Shown one piece after another: positions 10,766 to 20,602 of a stretch of 64,000 nucleotides of DNA. Source of the stretch: Alphaproteobacteria bacterium (GTDB taxonomy: Bacteria; Pseudomonadota; Alphaproteobacteria; UBA828). The notes under the pieces are model-generated. The model was not told where the DNA came from, did not search any database, and was given only the letters and a program-made list of their open reading frames with translations. The DNA lies in the NCBI GenBank assembly GCA_965237415.1, contig CBDEFM010000002.1:1696001-1760000 (forward strand), in the 5' to 3' direction. How positions within the stretch are numbered: the first letter of the stretch is position 1; every line of letters starts with the position of its first letter. Position numbers and translations under genes: made by a program.

Positions 10766-11374
10766 ATGACCGGGAAGGAGGTTATCGTCCTGACGGTAGG
10801 GCACTCCAATCATCCGCTGGAGACCTTCCTGGCGTTGCTGCGGCAGCACGGTGTCACCGTTGTCGCCGACGTGCGCTCGGCTCCCTACAGCCGCTTCAAC
10901 CCGCAGTTCAACCGCAAAGCCCTCGAAGACCGCCTGGAGACAATCGGCATCGAGTATGTGTTCTTGGGACGCGCCCTCGGTGGGCGCCCCGAAGACCGCT
11001 CCTGCTACGAGGACGGGCGGGTTCGCTACGACCGCCTGGCTCGAACGCCGCTCTTTCGCGAGGGGCTCGAACAGGTTGCCGAGGGCGCGGGGCGCCAGCG
11101 CATCGCACTGATGTGCGCGGAGAAGGAACCGCTGGACTGCCACCGCACGATCCTGGTGGGCCGCAGCCTGGTCGAGCGCGGGGTCGCCGTAGCTCACATC
11201 CTCGCCGACGGCTCGCTCGAGCCCCACGACGAGACGATGGACCGATTGCTGGACTCCATGGAACTGCCGAAGGGGGATCTCTTGCAATCGAGAGAGGAAC
11301 TGATCGAGGAAGCTATTGCCCATCGAGAGAGGCGGATCGCCTTTGCGGGCAAGACTGCCAAGGCGCGTCGATAA
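10766..11374 (+). CDS. DUF488 family protein
   Basis: TVGHSNH, DVRSAPYSR..PQFN, LGGRP, LMCAE..PLDCHR. Confidence 0.88.
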   Translation: MTGKEVIVLTVGHSNHPLETFLALLRQHGVTVVADVRSAPYSRFNPQFNRKALEDRLETIGIEYVFLGRALGGRPEDRSCYEDGRVRYDRLARTPLFREGLEQVAEGAGRQRIALMCAEKEPLDCHRTILVGRSLVERGVAVAHILADGSLEPHDETMDRLLDSMELPKGDLLQSREELIEEAIAHRERRIAFAGKTAKARR

Positions 11375-11449
11375 CGGTGGGGCGACCTGCCGGCCCGGCG
11401 GCCGCAGCGCTTGCGGGGGCCGGGGCAGGCTCCTATTGTCGCGACGTGG

Positions 11450-11523
11450 GCGGGTGTAGCTCAATGGTAGAGCAGAAGCTTCCCAAGCTTACGACGAGGG
11501 TTCGATTCCCTTCACCCGCTCCA
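11450..11523 (+). tRNA. tRNA-Gly (CCC)
   Basis: GCGGGTG acceptor stem, D arm GCTCAATGGTAGAGC, anticodon loop TTCCCAA, GGTTCGATTCC, encoded CCA. Confidence 0.96.
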
Positions 11524-11634
11524 TACCGCGCCCGGCCGATGTCGCGGATGCGGTTCGGTCCCCGGTCCCGGCAAACCGGCGAAACGTGAGGGCTGCCGGG
11601 GGCGCCTCGCCGGCGACCTGCGGCTGAGGACGCG

Positions 11635-12840
11635 ATGTCCGACCGTTCCCGCATTCTCTTCATCAATGTCGGGCACGGGCTCGACCATCTGTTCCTGCTT
11701 CTCTACCCCACGGTGGTGCTCACCCTCGAAGGGGTGTTCGGCCGCTCCTATGGCGAGCTTCTCTCCCTCGCCGTTCCCGGTTTCATCGCCTTTGCCGCCG
11801 GCACGCTGCCGGCCGGCTGGCTCGGCGATCGCTGGAGCCGGCCGGCCATGCTCGCGGTGTTCTTCGTCGGCGTCGGCGCATCGGCCATCCTCACCGGGTT
11901 CGCCCGCACGCCCTTCGAGCTCGCGGTCGGGCTCTCGCTGGTCGGCCTCTTCGCCTCGATCTATCACCCCGTCGGCATCGCCATGCTAGTCGAGGGGCGG
12001 GAGAAGGTCGGCAAGCTTCTCGGAGTCAACGGAGTCGCCGGCAATTTCGGCCTCGCGGCGGCGGCGATCGTCGCCGCGTCGTTGAGCGAGGCGATCAGCT
12101 GGCGCGCGGCATTCTTCGTGCCGGGCGCGGTCTCGCTGCTCGTCGGGCTCTGGTTCATCGCGGTTTGCCGGCAGTGGCGCAACGTCGCGGCAACCCCCTC
12201 CCGCCCCTCCGTGGGAAAGGCGTGGGGCCGGCCGTCGCGCACCATGCTGCGGGTGGTGCTGGTGATCGGCCTGGCAACGACGCTGACCGGCTTGACGTTC
12301 CAGACCACGACCATCGCACTGCCCAAACTCTTCGACGACGGGCTCACGGGAATCGCCGACGGCGCCCTCGGCGTCGGCGGGCTGGTCTCCCTCGTCATCG
12401 CCGTAGCCGCCTTCTCCCAGATCGGAGTTGGCTGGCTGATCGACCGCTACCCGACGAAGCCGGTCTGGATTGCGGTGCTGTTCGCCCAGGCGCCGCTTGT
12501 TGCCGCCGCCGGCCTGCTCGCGGGCCACGGGCTGATCGTCGTGGCCCTCGCAATGATGATGGTGGTGGTCGGCGAGATCCCGATCCAGGATGCGCTGGTC
12601 ACCCGCTACACCGCAGAGAGCTGGCGGGCGCGTATCTTCGGCGTCAAGTTCATGCTGGGCCTCGGCGCGAGCGCTGTGGCGGCGCCGCTGGTCGCGGGCC
12701 TGCATGGCGTCTCCGGCGGATTTCTCTGGCTTTTCGTCGGCCTCGGCGGGTCGGCGGCGCTGGTCGCAATCGTCGCCTTCTGGCTGCCGGGCGAGCAAGC
12801 GAGGGCGCCGCAGCAGGCCGTCGCCAAAGTCGAGGCCTGA
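11635..12840 (+). CDS. MFS transporter
   Basis: About 12 hydrophobic segments; GWLGDRWSR motif A; SIYHPVG. Confidence 0.9.
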   Translation: MSDRSRILFINVGHGLDHLFLLLYPTVVLTLEGVFGRSYGELLSLAVPGFIAFAAGTLPAGWLGDRWSRPAMLAVFFVGVGASAILTGFARTPFELAVGLSLVGLFASIYHPVGIAMLVEGREKVGKLLGVNGVAGNFGLAAAAIVAASLSEAISWRAAFFVPGAVSLLVGLWFIAVCRQWRNVAATPSRPSVGKAWGRPSRTMLRVVLVIGLATTLTGLTFQTTTIALPKLFDDGLTGIADGALGVGGLVSLVIAVAAFSQIGVGWLIDRYPTKPVWIAVLFAQAPLVAAAGLLAGHGLIVVALAMMMVVVGEIPIQDALVTRYTAESWRARIFGVKFMLGLGASAVAAPLVAGLHGVSGGFLWLFVGLGGSAALVAIVAFWLPGEQARAPQQAVAKVEA

Positions 12841-12986
12841 CGCAGCAACGGGTCGGCTTTGCTGTTGCGTTCCGTCCGCTGCCCTATGCTAAGCTTGCAT
12901 CAACAACTTCAAGACGCGGTCGGCGCGGCTCCCCGCCCGCCGGCAGTCGCGCGACCCTCGAACCAAACGCAATGGGAGGCGGCTCG

Positions 12987-14387
12987 ATGGAGTGGTTTCA
13001 TAAACGGAAGCAGACCAAGAAGCAGAAGTTCGACGAGGAGATCAAAGCCTCTGGCGGCATCGTCGATCCGCTGAACCCGTCGCGGCGCGGCTTCATGTCG
13101 ATGGCCGGCACCGCGGCCATCGGCGCGATGGGCGTGGCCGGGGCCAACACCCTCGTCGCGCTGAACAACGGCGCCAAGGCCGACGGCGAGCCGATCCCTG
13201 TCGGCGCCATGCTGCCCTACACCGGTTGGGGCGCGGAGGATTCGCGCAACTTCGAGGCCGGCATCAACTTGGCGGTCGAGGAGATCAACTCCTTCGGCGG
13301 CATCAACGGCCGGCCCATCGAGGTCCATTTCGAGGACACCAAGGGGATCACGGCCGAGACCGTGACCTCGGCCGCGCGGCGCCTGATCGACCGGCACGAG
13401 GTGCATGCCATCGTCAATGGCTACAACTCGCTCTCGGTGCGGGCCGAGTACGACACCATCGCGGATGCAGGCATTCCCTACATCCACGACAACACCCAGT
13501 ACGGCCACCAGTTCGCGGTCAGAGACAACATGGATCGCTACTGGTGCTGCTTCCAGGACGATCCGTCCGAGTACTATTACGGCTCGGGCCTGATCTACTT
13601 CCTGGACGAGCTGGAGAAGCTCGGCAAGTGGAAGCGGCCCAATAACCAGTTCGTGCTCTTCTCGGGCAGCATCGACTATGCAATCACCATCGCAGCGGCG
13701 ATCCGCGACACGGCGCCGCAGTTCAACTGGGAGCTCGCGATCGACGACGTCGTGACCCAGCCGGTCGACGACTGGGGGCCGGCACTGGTGCGTGCGCGGG
13801 AGGTCAAACCCGCCATCATCGCCGCGACTCACGGCTTCCCGACCGATCAGACGGGCCTGGTCACCGGCTTCGCCGAGAACCCGACCAACAGCCTGGTCTA
13901 CGTGCAGTACGCGCTGCAGCAGCGGGCCTTCCTCGACATCGTCAAGGAGACCGGCCAAGGCGTGTTCTGCTCGACCACGATCGGCACCCTGCAGGACGAG
14001 ATCGGCAACGCCTTCTCGCGGAAGATTCGCGAACGCTGGGGCGAGGACATGACCCCGATGGTCGCGGGGCAGGTCTACGATTCGTACTACCTGTGGGCGA
14101 TCGCGGCCTGCCGCGCCGGCGGCTCGGGCGTGCCCTATGACGGCATCGAGCAAAACAAGAAGGTCTGCCACTTCATCCGCGAATCGATCTATCGCGGCGT
14201 GGTCGGGACCATCAAGTTCATGTGGGGGCAGGCGGCGCAGCCCTATCCGGCGGAGACCAACGACCCGTCGCTCGGCATGCCGACGATCATGATGCAGTGC
14301 CAGGATTGGACCAAGGACGTGGTCTTCGTCGGACCGTCGCCTTACGACACGGCCGACTGGATGACCCCGCCGTGGACCACCGGCTAG
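12987..14387 (+). CDS. Liv-type ABC transporter substrate-binding protein with Tat signal
   Basis: SRRGFM twin-arginine motif; LAVEEINSFGGINGRPIE; RBS GGAGG before ATG 12987. Confidence 0.88.
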   Translation: MEWFHKRKQTKKQKFDEEIKASGGIVDPLNPSRRGFMSMAGTAAIGAMGVAGANTLVALNNGAKADGEPIPVGAMLPYTGWGAEDSRNFEAGINLAVEEINSFGGINGRPIEVHFEDTKGITAETVTSAARRLIDRHEVHAIVNGYNSLSVRAEYDTIADAGIPYIHDNTQYGHQFAVRDNMDRYWCCFQDDPSEYYYGSGLIYFLDELEKLGKWKRPNNQFVLFSGSIDYAITIAAAIRDTAPQFNWELAIDDVVTQPVDDWGPALVRAREVKPAIIAATHGFPTDQTGLVTGFAENPTNSLVYVQYALQQRAFLDIVKETGQGVFCSTTIGTLQDEIGNAFSRKIRERWGEDMTPMVAGQVYDSYYLWAIAACRAGGSGVPYDGIEQNKKVCHFIRESIYRGVVGTIKFMWGQAAQPYPAETNDPSLGMPTIMMQCQDWTKDVVFVGPSPYDTADWMTPPWTTG

Positions 14388-14439
14388 GCCCCATCACCCC
14401 GGAGGCATAAGAACAAGAGCCGGGATCACGGTCCAGCCG

Positions 14440-15246
14440 ATGGCTTCTGGGGAACGTGCACCGCTGCTGGCGTGCCGTAACGTCTTCAAGTATTTCGACG
14501 CGCTGGCGGCGGTGAACGACTTCGATCTCGACGTACACGCAGGCGACGTGGTTGGCATCGGCGGCCCGAACGGCGCCGGCAAGACCACCTTTATCGATGT
14601 GATTTCGGGCATCAACCCGGCCACCAGCGGCGAGATCAAGCTGGACGGGCGGGACATCTCCAAGGTCCGCCCCGATCTAATCTGTCATCGGGGGATGGCC
14701 CGCACCTTCCAGCTCAACGCAGGCTTCGATTCGCTCACGATTCGCGAGAATGTGCTGATCGGCTCGGCCTTCGGCCTCGGAGACCGCGGCGTGCCGGCGG
14801 TGACCTTCTCACGGGCGATGCGCGAGCGGGTGGACCGCGCCCTGGAGCTATGCCGGCTCACCGATCGCGCGGAGGCGGTCGCCCGCGACGTGCCTGTGCT
14901 CGAGCGCAAGCTCCTGATGCTGGCGAGCGCGGTTGCGACCGACCCCAAGCTGCTCCTTATCGACGAGCCGGTGGGCGGCCTAAACCCGCACGAAGTCGAC
15001 GACGTGATGGAGATCGTCCAAGGCCTCGCCGCCGAGGGCATGACGATCATCCTGATCGAGCATGTGATGCGCTTCCTGCTCCAGATTTCGACGCGGGTCG
15101 TCATCATGCATCACGGCGAGAAGATTTATGAGGGCAACACCCAGAGTCTGCTGAGCGACCGGCGCGTCGTCGAGGTCTATCTCGGCGAGGGCACGGCGGA
15201 TCGCCTGCAGCACATGCTGGCAGACCGGGCGACCGCCAATGGCTGA
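14440..15246 (+). CDS. ABC ATP-binding protein (LivG-like)
   Basis: GPNGAGKTT, GMARTFQ, LLLIDEP, IEH. Confidence 0.92.
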   Translation: MASGERAPLLACRNVFKYFDALAAVNDFDLDVHAGDVVGIGGPNGAGKTTFIDVISGINPATSGEIKLDGRDISKVRPDLICHRGMARTFQLNAGFDSLTIRENVLIGSAFGLGDRGVPAVTFSRAMRERVDRALELCRLTDRAEAVARDVPVLERKLLMLASAVATDPKLLLIDEPVGGLNPHEVDDVMEIVQGLAAEGMTIILIEHVMRFLLQISTRVVIMHHGEKIYEGNTQSLLSDRRVVEVYLGEGTADRLQHMLADRATANG

Positions 15247-15955
15247 GCCGCTCCTCACCGTTCAGAACCTACATGCGGGCTACGAAGGGCTGAGCGTCCT
15301 CAGGGACGTGTCATTCGACGTGCCCGAAGGAGGGCTCATCACCCTCCTCGGCCCCAACGGGCACGGCAAGACCACACTGCTGCAGTGCATCGCCGGTCTC
15401 CTCAGGCCGAGCGCCGGCCGGATTGAGTTAGCGGGACGGCGGATCGAAGGCGCCGAGGCGGAGACCGTCGTCGGACTTGGCGTCGTCCTGATCCCGCAGG
15501 GCGACATGCTTTTCCCGGACATGAGCGTCTACGACAATCTCAAGATGGGAGCCTACCTGCCCCGGGTGCGCAAGACATTCGAGCAGGAGGTCGAGAAGAT
15601 CTACACGATCCTGCCCCGGCTGAAGGAGCGCACGACGCAGCTCGCGCGCACCCTCTCGGGCGGTGAGCGCCGGATGCTCGCCATCGGCCGCGGCCTGCTC
15701 TCGGGCGGGCGCATCCTGATGATCGACGAGCCCTCGCTGGGCTTGGCCCCAATCGTCATCGACCAGATCTACGAGATCATCTCCGACCTCAAGGCATCGG
15801 GGCGCACGATGCTCCTGGTGGAGGAGAATGCGAGCCGGATCATCGACATCGCCGACCGCATCCATCTGCTCGACACGGGCCGGATCGTCTGGGCCGGCGA
15901 CGGCGAGGAGCTGCATTCGAACCAACAGATCCTCGAGACCTACCTCGGCGGCTGA
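15239..15955 (+). CDS. ABC ATP-binding protein (LivF-like)
   Basis: GPNGHGKTT, LSGGE, MIDEPSLGLAP. Confidence 0.92.
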   Translation: MAEPLLTVQNLHAGYEGLSVLRDVSFDVPEGGLITLLGPNGHGKTTLLQCIAGLLRPSAGRIELAGRRIEGAEAETVVGLGVVLIPQGDMLFPDMSVYDNLKMGAYLPRVRKTFEQEVEKIYTILPRLKERTTQLARTLSGGERRMLAIGRGLLSGGRILMIDEPSLGLAPIVIDQIYEIISDLKASGRTMLLVEENASRIIDIADRIHLLDTGRIVWAGDGEELHSNQQILETYLGG

Positions 15956-15973
15956 CGGCATCGGCGGCGCACA

Positions 15974-16867
15974 GTGAACTTCTTTATCCAGATCATCGTG
16001 AGCGGCCTCACTTTCGGCGCCATGTATGCGCTGGCCGCGGTTGGGCTCGCCCTCGTCTGGGGCGCGTTCAACATGCTCAACATGAGCCACGGCATCATCA
16101 TGACGCTCGGCGCCTACTTCGTGCTCGTCTGGGCCGAGGGGTGGGGATTCCCTCTCTGGTTCGCGGGCCCCTTCGCGTTCATCGCCGGCGGGCTCCTGGG
16201 TGTGGCGATCTATTTCGTCTCGGCGCACTGGATGCTGCGCCAGAAGAATTTCGAGGTGACGATCATCATCGCCACCTTCGGCCTCGGCATGGCGCTGGAA
16301 GCGGGTCTGATGAAGATCCTGCGCGAGTGGTTCCAGGCCTCGCCCTACGCGCAGCCGCTCTCCATGGGCGCCGATTCGTTCCTCGTCGGCGACGTCCCGG
16401 TCAGCTATCAGCGCATCATCATCTGGGCTGTGGCCGTGGTGCTCATCGTCCTCGTCGGGCTCTTCCTGACCCGCACCACCATGGGCCGCGCCATCCGCGC
16501 GACCGCGCAGAACCGCGACGCCGCGCGCCTGGTGGGCGTCAAGGTCAAGCGGATCTATGTCATGGTGCTCGCGCTCGCGAGCGCGCTTGCGGGCGTCGCC
16601 GGCATCATGCTGACCTCGTTCAAGGACGTCGTGCCGCTGATGGGCCAGACGCCCATGCTGAAGGCGTTCATCGTCATCGTGCTCGCCGGCCTCGGCAACA
16701 TGACCGGCGCGCTCTATGCCGCGCTCCTGATCGGCATGGTGGAGGCGGCGGTCAAGGTGCTCCTTGCCGACAAGTGGGGCTTCCTCGCCATGCTCGTCGT
16801 GGTGGTCATCGCGCTCATCTGGCGCCCCGCCGGGTTGTTCGGCAAGCACCAGGTCGCACGGCAATGA
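15974..16867 (+). CDS. Branched-chain amino acid-type ABC permease (LivH-like)
   Basis: YALAAVGLALVWG, GRAIRATAQN, KAFIVIVLAGLG. Confidence 0.92.
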   Translation: MNFFIQIIVSGLTFGAMYALAAVGLALVWGAFNMLNMSHGIIMTLGAYFVLVWAEGWGFPLWFAGPFAFIAGGLLGVAIYFVSAHWMLRQKNFEVTIIIATFGLGMALEAGLMKILREWFQASPYAQPLSMGADSFLVGDVPVSYQRIIIWAVAVVLIVLVGLFLTRTTMGRAIRATAQNRDAARLVGVKVKRIYVMVLALASALAGVAGIMLTSFKDVVPLMGQTPMLKAFIVIVLAGLGNMTGALYAALLIGMVEAAVKVLLADKWGFLAMLVVVVIALIWRPAGLFGKHQVARQ

Positions 16868-16877
16868 CGGCAGCACG

Positions 16878-17936
16878 ATGAAGAGCCGCGACTACATCCT
16901 CTTCGCCATCCTGCTGGCGGCGGCGGCGGCGTTCCCCTTCATGGGGATCCCCCGCTACATCATCGCGAGCGCGCTCCTGCTCTTTTGCTACGCGACCGTG
17001 GTCAGCCAGTGGAATCTGGTGTTCGGCGTCGCCGGCATCTTCTCGCTGGCGCAGCTCGCGATCTTCGCCTTCGGCGCCTACACGACGGCGCTGATGGGCC
17101 GCTACCTGGACTGGAGCCTGTGGCCCACCTTCCCCGTGGCCGGTGCCGCCGGCGTCGTGTTCAGCATCTTCATCGGCCTCGCCTGCCTGAGAATGCGGGG
17201 CATCTATGTGGCGCTGCTGACGCTCGCCATCTCGCAGACCATGTTCGTGCTGATCCAGACGGATTCGAACTGCAGCGCGCTCAACAAGGCGATCAATCCG
17301 TCAACCTGCGTCTCGTTCACCGGCGGCGCGCAGGGGTTGGGAGACTTCGGCAACTTCGGCTGGCGCGAGGTGCTGGGCGGGCGCAACTGGATGATAGGCG
17401 ACTACTACTCCATGCTGGGCCTGCTCATCGTCGCACTCGTCTTTACGGCGGCGATGACTCAGAGCCGCATCGGGCTTGCCTTCAAGGCGCTGCGCGACAA
17501 TGAGGAGCTGGCCACCTCGCGCGGGGTGAGCGTCTTCAAGTACCAGCTCATCGTCTTCGCGGCCTCGGCCTTCCTGACCTCCATGGCTGGCAGCTTCTAC
17601 GCGGCACACTTCGGCTCGGTCGGCTCCAACCTCGTGTCCTTCCCGCTCCTTCTATTCCTGATCTCGATGCTCGTGGTCGGCGGCATCGGGCGCACCTGGG
17701 GGCCTCTCCTCGGCGCAGGGCTGCTGATGGTCGCCGACGAGTTCTTCAAGGAGTTCTCCGACCTCAGGAATGTCGGCCTTGGGCTGGTGGTCCTGATCTT
17801 CATGATCTTCCTGCCCGAAGGCGTCGCCGGCGCGATCGAGTCGGTCAGCAAGTTCCTCCAGAGACTGGCATTTGTCCGATACATCCAACGGCGATTGGCC
17901 GGGGCCCTGCGACGAGACTCGGCCACGCCTGACTAG
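16878..17936 (+). CDS. Branched-chain amino acid-type ABC permease (LivM-like)
   Basis: WNLVFGVAG, GIYVALLTLA, ALRDNE, GG.G..WGP, FLPEG. Confidence 0.92.
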   Translation: MKSRDYILFAILLAAAAAFPFMGIPRYIIASALLLFCYATVVSQWNLVFGVAGIFSLAQLAIFAFGAYTTALMGRYLDWSLWPTFPVAGAAGVVFSIFIGLACLRMRGIYVALLTLAISQTMFVLIQTDSNCSALNKAINPSTCVSFTGGAQGLGDFGNFGWREVLGGRNWMIGDYYSMLGLLIVALVFTAAMTQSRIGLAFKALRDNEELATSRGVSVFKYQLIVFAASAFLTSMAGSFYAAHFGSVGSNLVSFPLLLFLISMLVVGGIGRTWGPLLGAGLLMVADEFFKEFSDLRNVGLGLVVLIFMIFLPEGVAGAIESVSKFLQRLAFVRYIQRRLAGALRRDSATPD

Positions 17937-17957
17937 GCTCACCGCGGAACGGACGCG

Positions 17958-19610
17958 ATGACGCGCCGAGAGAACCGCGTACACCCCGCTGCCACGCTTC
18001 TGGCCCTGCTCCTGTGGGCAGCCGGAACACACGGTGCCAGCGCGGCCGACCCGCAAGCGTTGCGGTTCGTCGATGTCGCCCTGGCGGCCGGGGTGGAGCA
18101 CGCTTATACCGGCGACTGGACGCACTATGTGGGCGGCGGCGTTGCCGCCTTCGATTGCGATCTCGACGGCGATTCCGATCTCTTCTTCGCAGGCGGCGCG
18201 TCCCCTGCCACGCTCTATCGCAACGACAGTGCGCCGGGCACGCTCCGCTTTTCGGCAGTGGTCGGCAGCGCGCTCGTCGAGACCGGCGTAACCGGCGCCT
18301 ATCCGCTGGACATCGACGGCGACGGCAACATGGACCTCGCCGTGCTGCGGCTCGGCGCAAATAAGCTTTACCGGGGGCTCGGCGAGTGCCGCTTCGCCGA
18401 CGCAGGCGAGGCCTTGGGCGTTCCCCGCGGCAACGCCTGGACCACCGCCTTCAGCGCGGTTTGGGAAGGCGACAACCGGCTACCGACTCTCGCCTTCGGC
18501 AACTACGTCGATCGCGACCTGTGGGCCGCCATGCACACGCCCTTCGGCGACTCAGGCACCGGCGCAGCGCCGACGCCGGCCTGCCCGGACAATCTCCTGT
18601 TCCGCCCGGCAGACGTGGATGCGGCAACTTACGCGCCGGCGATACCGCTCAGCCCCGGCCATTGCCCGCTCTCGATGCTCTTCTCCGACTGGAGCCGCGC
18701 GGGGCATCCCGACCTCCGGGTCAGCAACGACCGCTTCTATCATGAGGACACCGGCGAGGAGCAGCTCTGGCACATGGACGCCGAACCCCGGCTCTACGGA
18801 CGCGCCGACGGTTGGCCGCGGCTCAGGATCTGGGGCATGGGGATCGCGAGCCACGACCTCACCGGCGACGGGTTGCCTGACTACTTCCTCTCCAACATGG
18901 GTGCGAACCGGCTGCGCACGCTCGCCCTCGGCAGCATCGCTGGCCCCGAATTCCGCGAAATCGCCTTCGATCACGGTGTCGAGGCCAGGCGCCCGCACGC
19001 GGGCCTCGACGAGCGGCCCTCCACGGCGTGGCATTCGCAGTTCGCCGACGTGAACAACGACGGCTGGATCGACCTCTTCGTCGCCAAGGGCAATGTGGAG
19101 GAGATGGAGGAGGCCGCGGCGGACGATCCGAACAACCTGCTCCTGGGCGGCCCCGACGGGCGTTTCCGCGAGGCCTCCGTGGAGGCAGGCACGGCCAGCA
19201 TGCGGCGGAGCCGCGGCGGCGCCGTGATCGACCTCGACCTGGACGGCCTGCTCGACATCGTCGTCGTGAACCGTATGGCCAATGTCGAGATCCTGCACAA
19301 CCGGAGCCGCGACGGCGGCCACTGGCTTCAGGTCATGTTGCGCCAGGACGACGCCAATCGGAACGCCATCGGCGCATGGATCGAGGTGCGCGCCGCGGGC
19401 CGCATCCAGCGCCACGAGGTCGCGGTCGGCGGCGGCCATGCGAGCGGACAGGCCGGATGGATTCACTTCGGACTGGGCGCGGCCGATGCCGTCGAGATTC
19501 GTGTCCAGTGGCCCGATGGGAGTTGGAGCCCGTGGCGGCGCAGTGCCACCGATCGCTTCCTGCTGATCGAGCGCGGGCGTACACTGGCTGGCGTACGCCA
19601 GACCGGGTGA
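17958..19610 (+). CDS. CRTAC1/ASPIC-UnbV family secreted protein with FG-GAP/VCBS repeats
   Basis: Signal peptide; repeated DxDxDGxxDL motifs; C-terminal NRNAIGA..HFGLG..VQWPDG. Confidence 0.88.
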   Translation: MTRRENRVHPAATLLALLLWAAGTHGASAADPQALRFVDVALAAGVEHAYTGDWTHYVGGGVAAFDCDLDGDSDLFFAGGASPATLYRNDSAPGTLRFSAVVGSALVETGVTGAYPLDIDGDGNMDLAVLRLGANKLYRGLGECRFADAGEALGVPRGNAWTTAFSAVWEGDNRLPTLAFGNYVDRDLWAAMHTPFGDSGTGAAPTPACPDNLLFRPADVDAATYAPAIPLSPGHCPLSMLFSDWSRAGHPDLRVSNDRFYHEDTGEEQLWHMDAEPRLYGRADGWPRLRIWGMGIASHDLTGDGLPDYFLSNMGANRLRTLALGSIAGPEFREIAFDHGVEARRPHAGLDERPSTAWHSQFADVNNDGWIDLFVAKGNVEEMEEAAADDPNNLLLGGPDGRFREASVEAGTASMRRSRGGAVIDLDLDGLLDIVVVNRMANVEILHNRSRDGGHWLQVMLRQDDANRNAIGAWIEVRAAGRIQRHEVAVGGGHASGQAGWIHFGLGAADAVEIRVQWPDGSWSPWRRSATDRFLLIERGRTLAGVRQTG

Positions 19611-19614
19611 CGAC

Positions 19615-20580
19615 ATGGACGACTGGATCGCGCGCAAGGACCTGATCGAGGCGCCGCGGCTCAAGGCGCTGTCGCGGCGCTCGGACCTCCTGGGCTGGCT
19701 CCAGACGCTGAGCCAGCTCGGTGCCGCGGGGCTCACGGGCTACGCCATCCATGCGCTCTGGGGGAGCTGGTGGGTGGTGCCGGCGTTCCTGTTGCAAGGT
19801 GTCATCCTCTGGGGCTTCTGCTATGCGGGCCAGCACGAGTTGGGACATTGGACGGTCTTCCGCAACCGGACCCTCAACGACGCCTTCGGCCACCTGGCGA
19901 GCTTCCTGCGCGTCTACGCCCACAGCTATCAGCGCTTCTTCCATTTTGCCCATCACCGGCACACCAAGGTCGCCGGGCACGACCCTGAATTGTTGGCGCA
20001 GAAGCCGTGGACGCTCTGGGGCTACCTGAAATTCGTGGCCGGCCCGGCCTACTGGATCGCGCAGGTCCGCAAGACTGTGGAGCACGCCTTCGGCCATGCG
20101 ACCGAACCCTTCCTCCGGGAGAAGGAGCGGCGCATCGTGATCCGCGAAGCGCGTCTCTACCTGCTCGGCTATGCGGTCGTCGTCGCGCTTTCGGCCTATT
20201 TCGAGAGCTGGGCGGCGCTCATCTGCGTATGGGGGCCGATGATGGTCACGACGGCGTTCTATCGCCTCTATGTCGCGGCCGAGCACCACGGCATGCCCAA
20301 CGGGCGGGGCGTGATCGGGAGCACGCGCACGACCCGCGCCGGGCCGCTTCTACGCTGGTTGATGTGGCAGATGCCCTACCACACCGAGCACCATCTCTTC
20401 CCCGGCGTGCCATTTCATAAGCTCGGTGCGCTCTGCCGGGAGCTGCGCGCGGGGCCGGACTCCAAGCTCGCCGGGATCAACGAGGTCGCGCCGGGCTATG
20501 TCGCCGTGAACCTCAAGCTCCTCGCCATGCTCCGCCGCGGGGAGGACCCCACCTTCCTGGCCGAGGCAGCGCGGGCGTAG
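19615..20580 (+). CDS. Fatty acid desaturase-family membrane di-iron enzyme
   Basis: His boxes HELGH, HFAHH, YHTEHH. Confidence 0.88.
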   Translation: MDDWIARKDLIEAPRLKALSRRSDLLGWLQTLSQLGAAGLTGYAIHALWGSWWVVPAFLLQGVILWGFCYAGQHELGHWTVFRNRTLNDAFGHLASFLRVYAHSYQRFFHFAHHRHTKVAGHDPELLAQKPWTLWGYLKFVAGPAYWIAQVRKTVEHAFGHATEPFLREKERRIVIREARLYLLGYAVVVALSAYFESWAALICVWGPMMVTTAFYRLYVAAEHHGMPNGRGVIGSTRTTRAGPLLRWLMWQMPYHTEHHLFPGVPFHKLGALCRELRAGPDSKLAGINEVAPGYVAVNLKLLAMLRRGEDPTFLAEAARA

Positions 20581-20602
20581 AGGGCTAACGCGAGTCGAGA
20601 CG

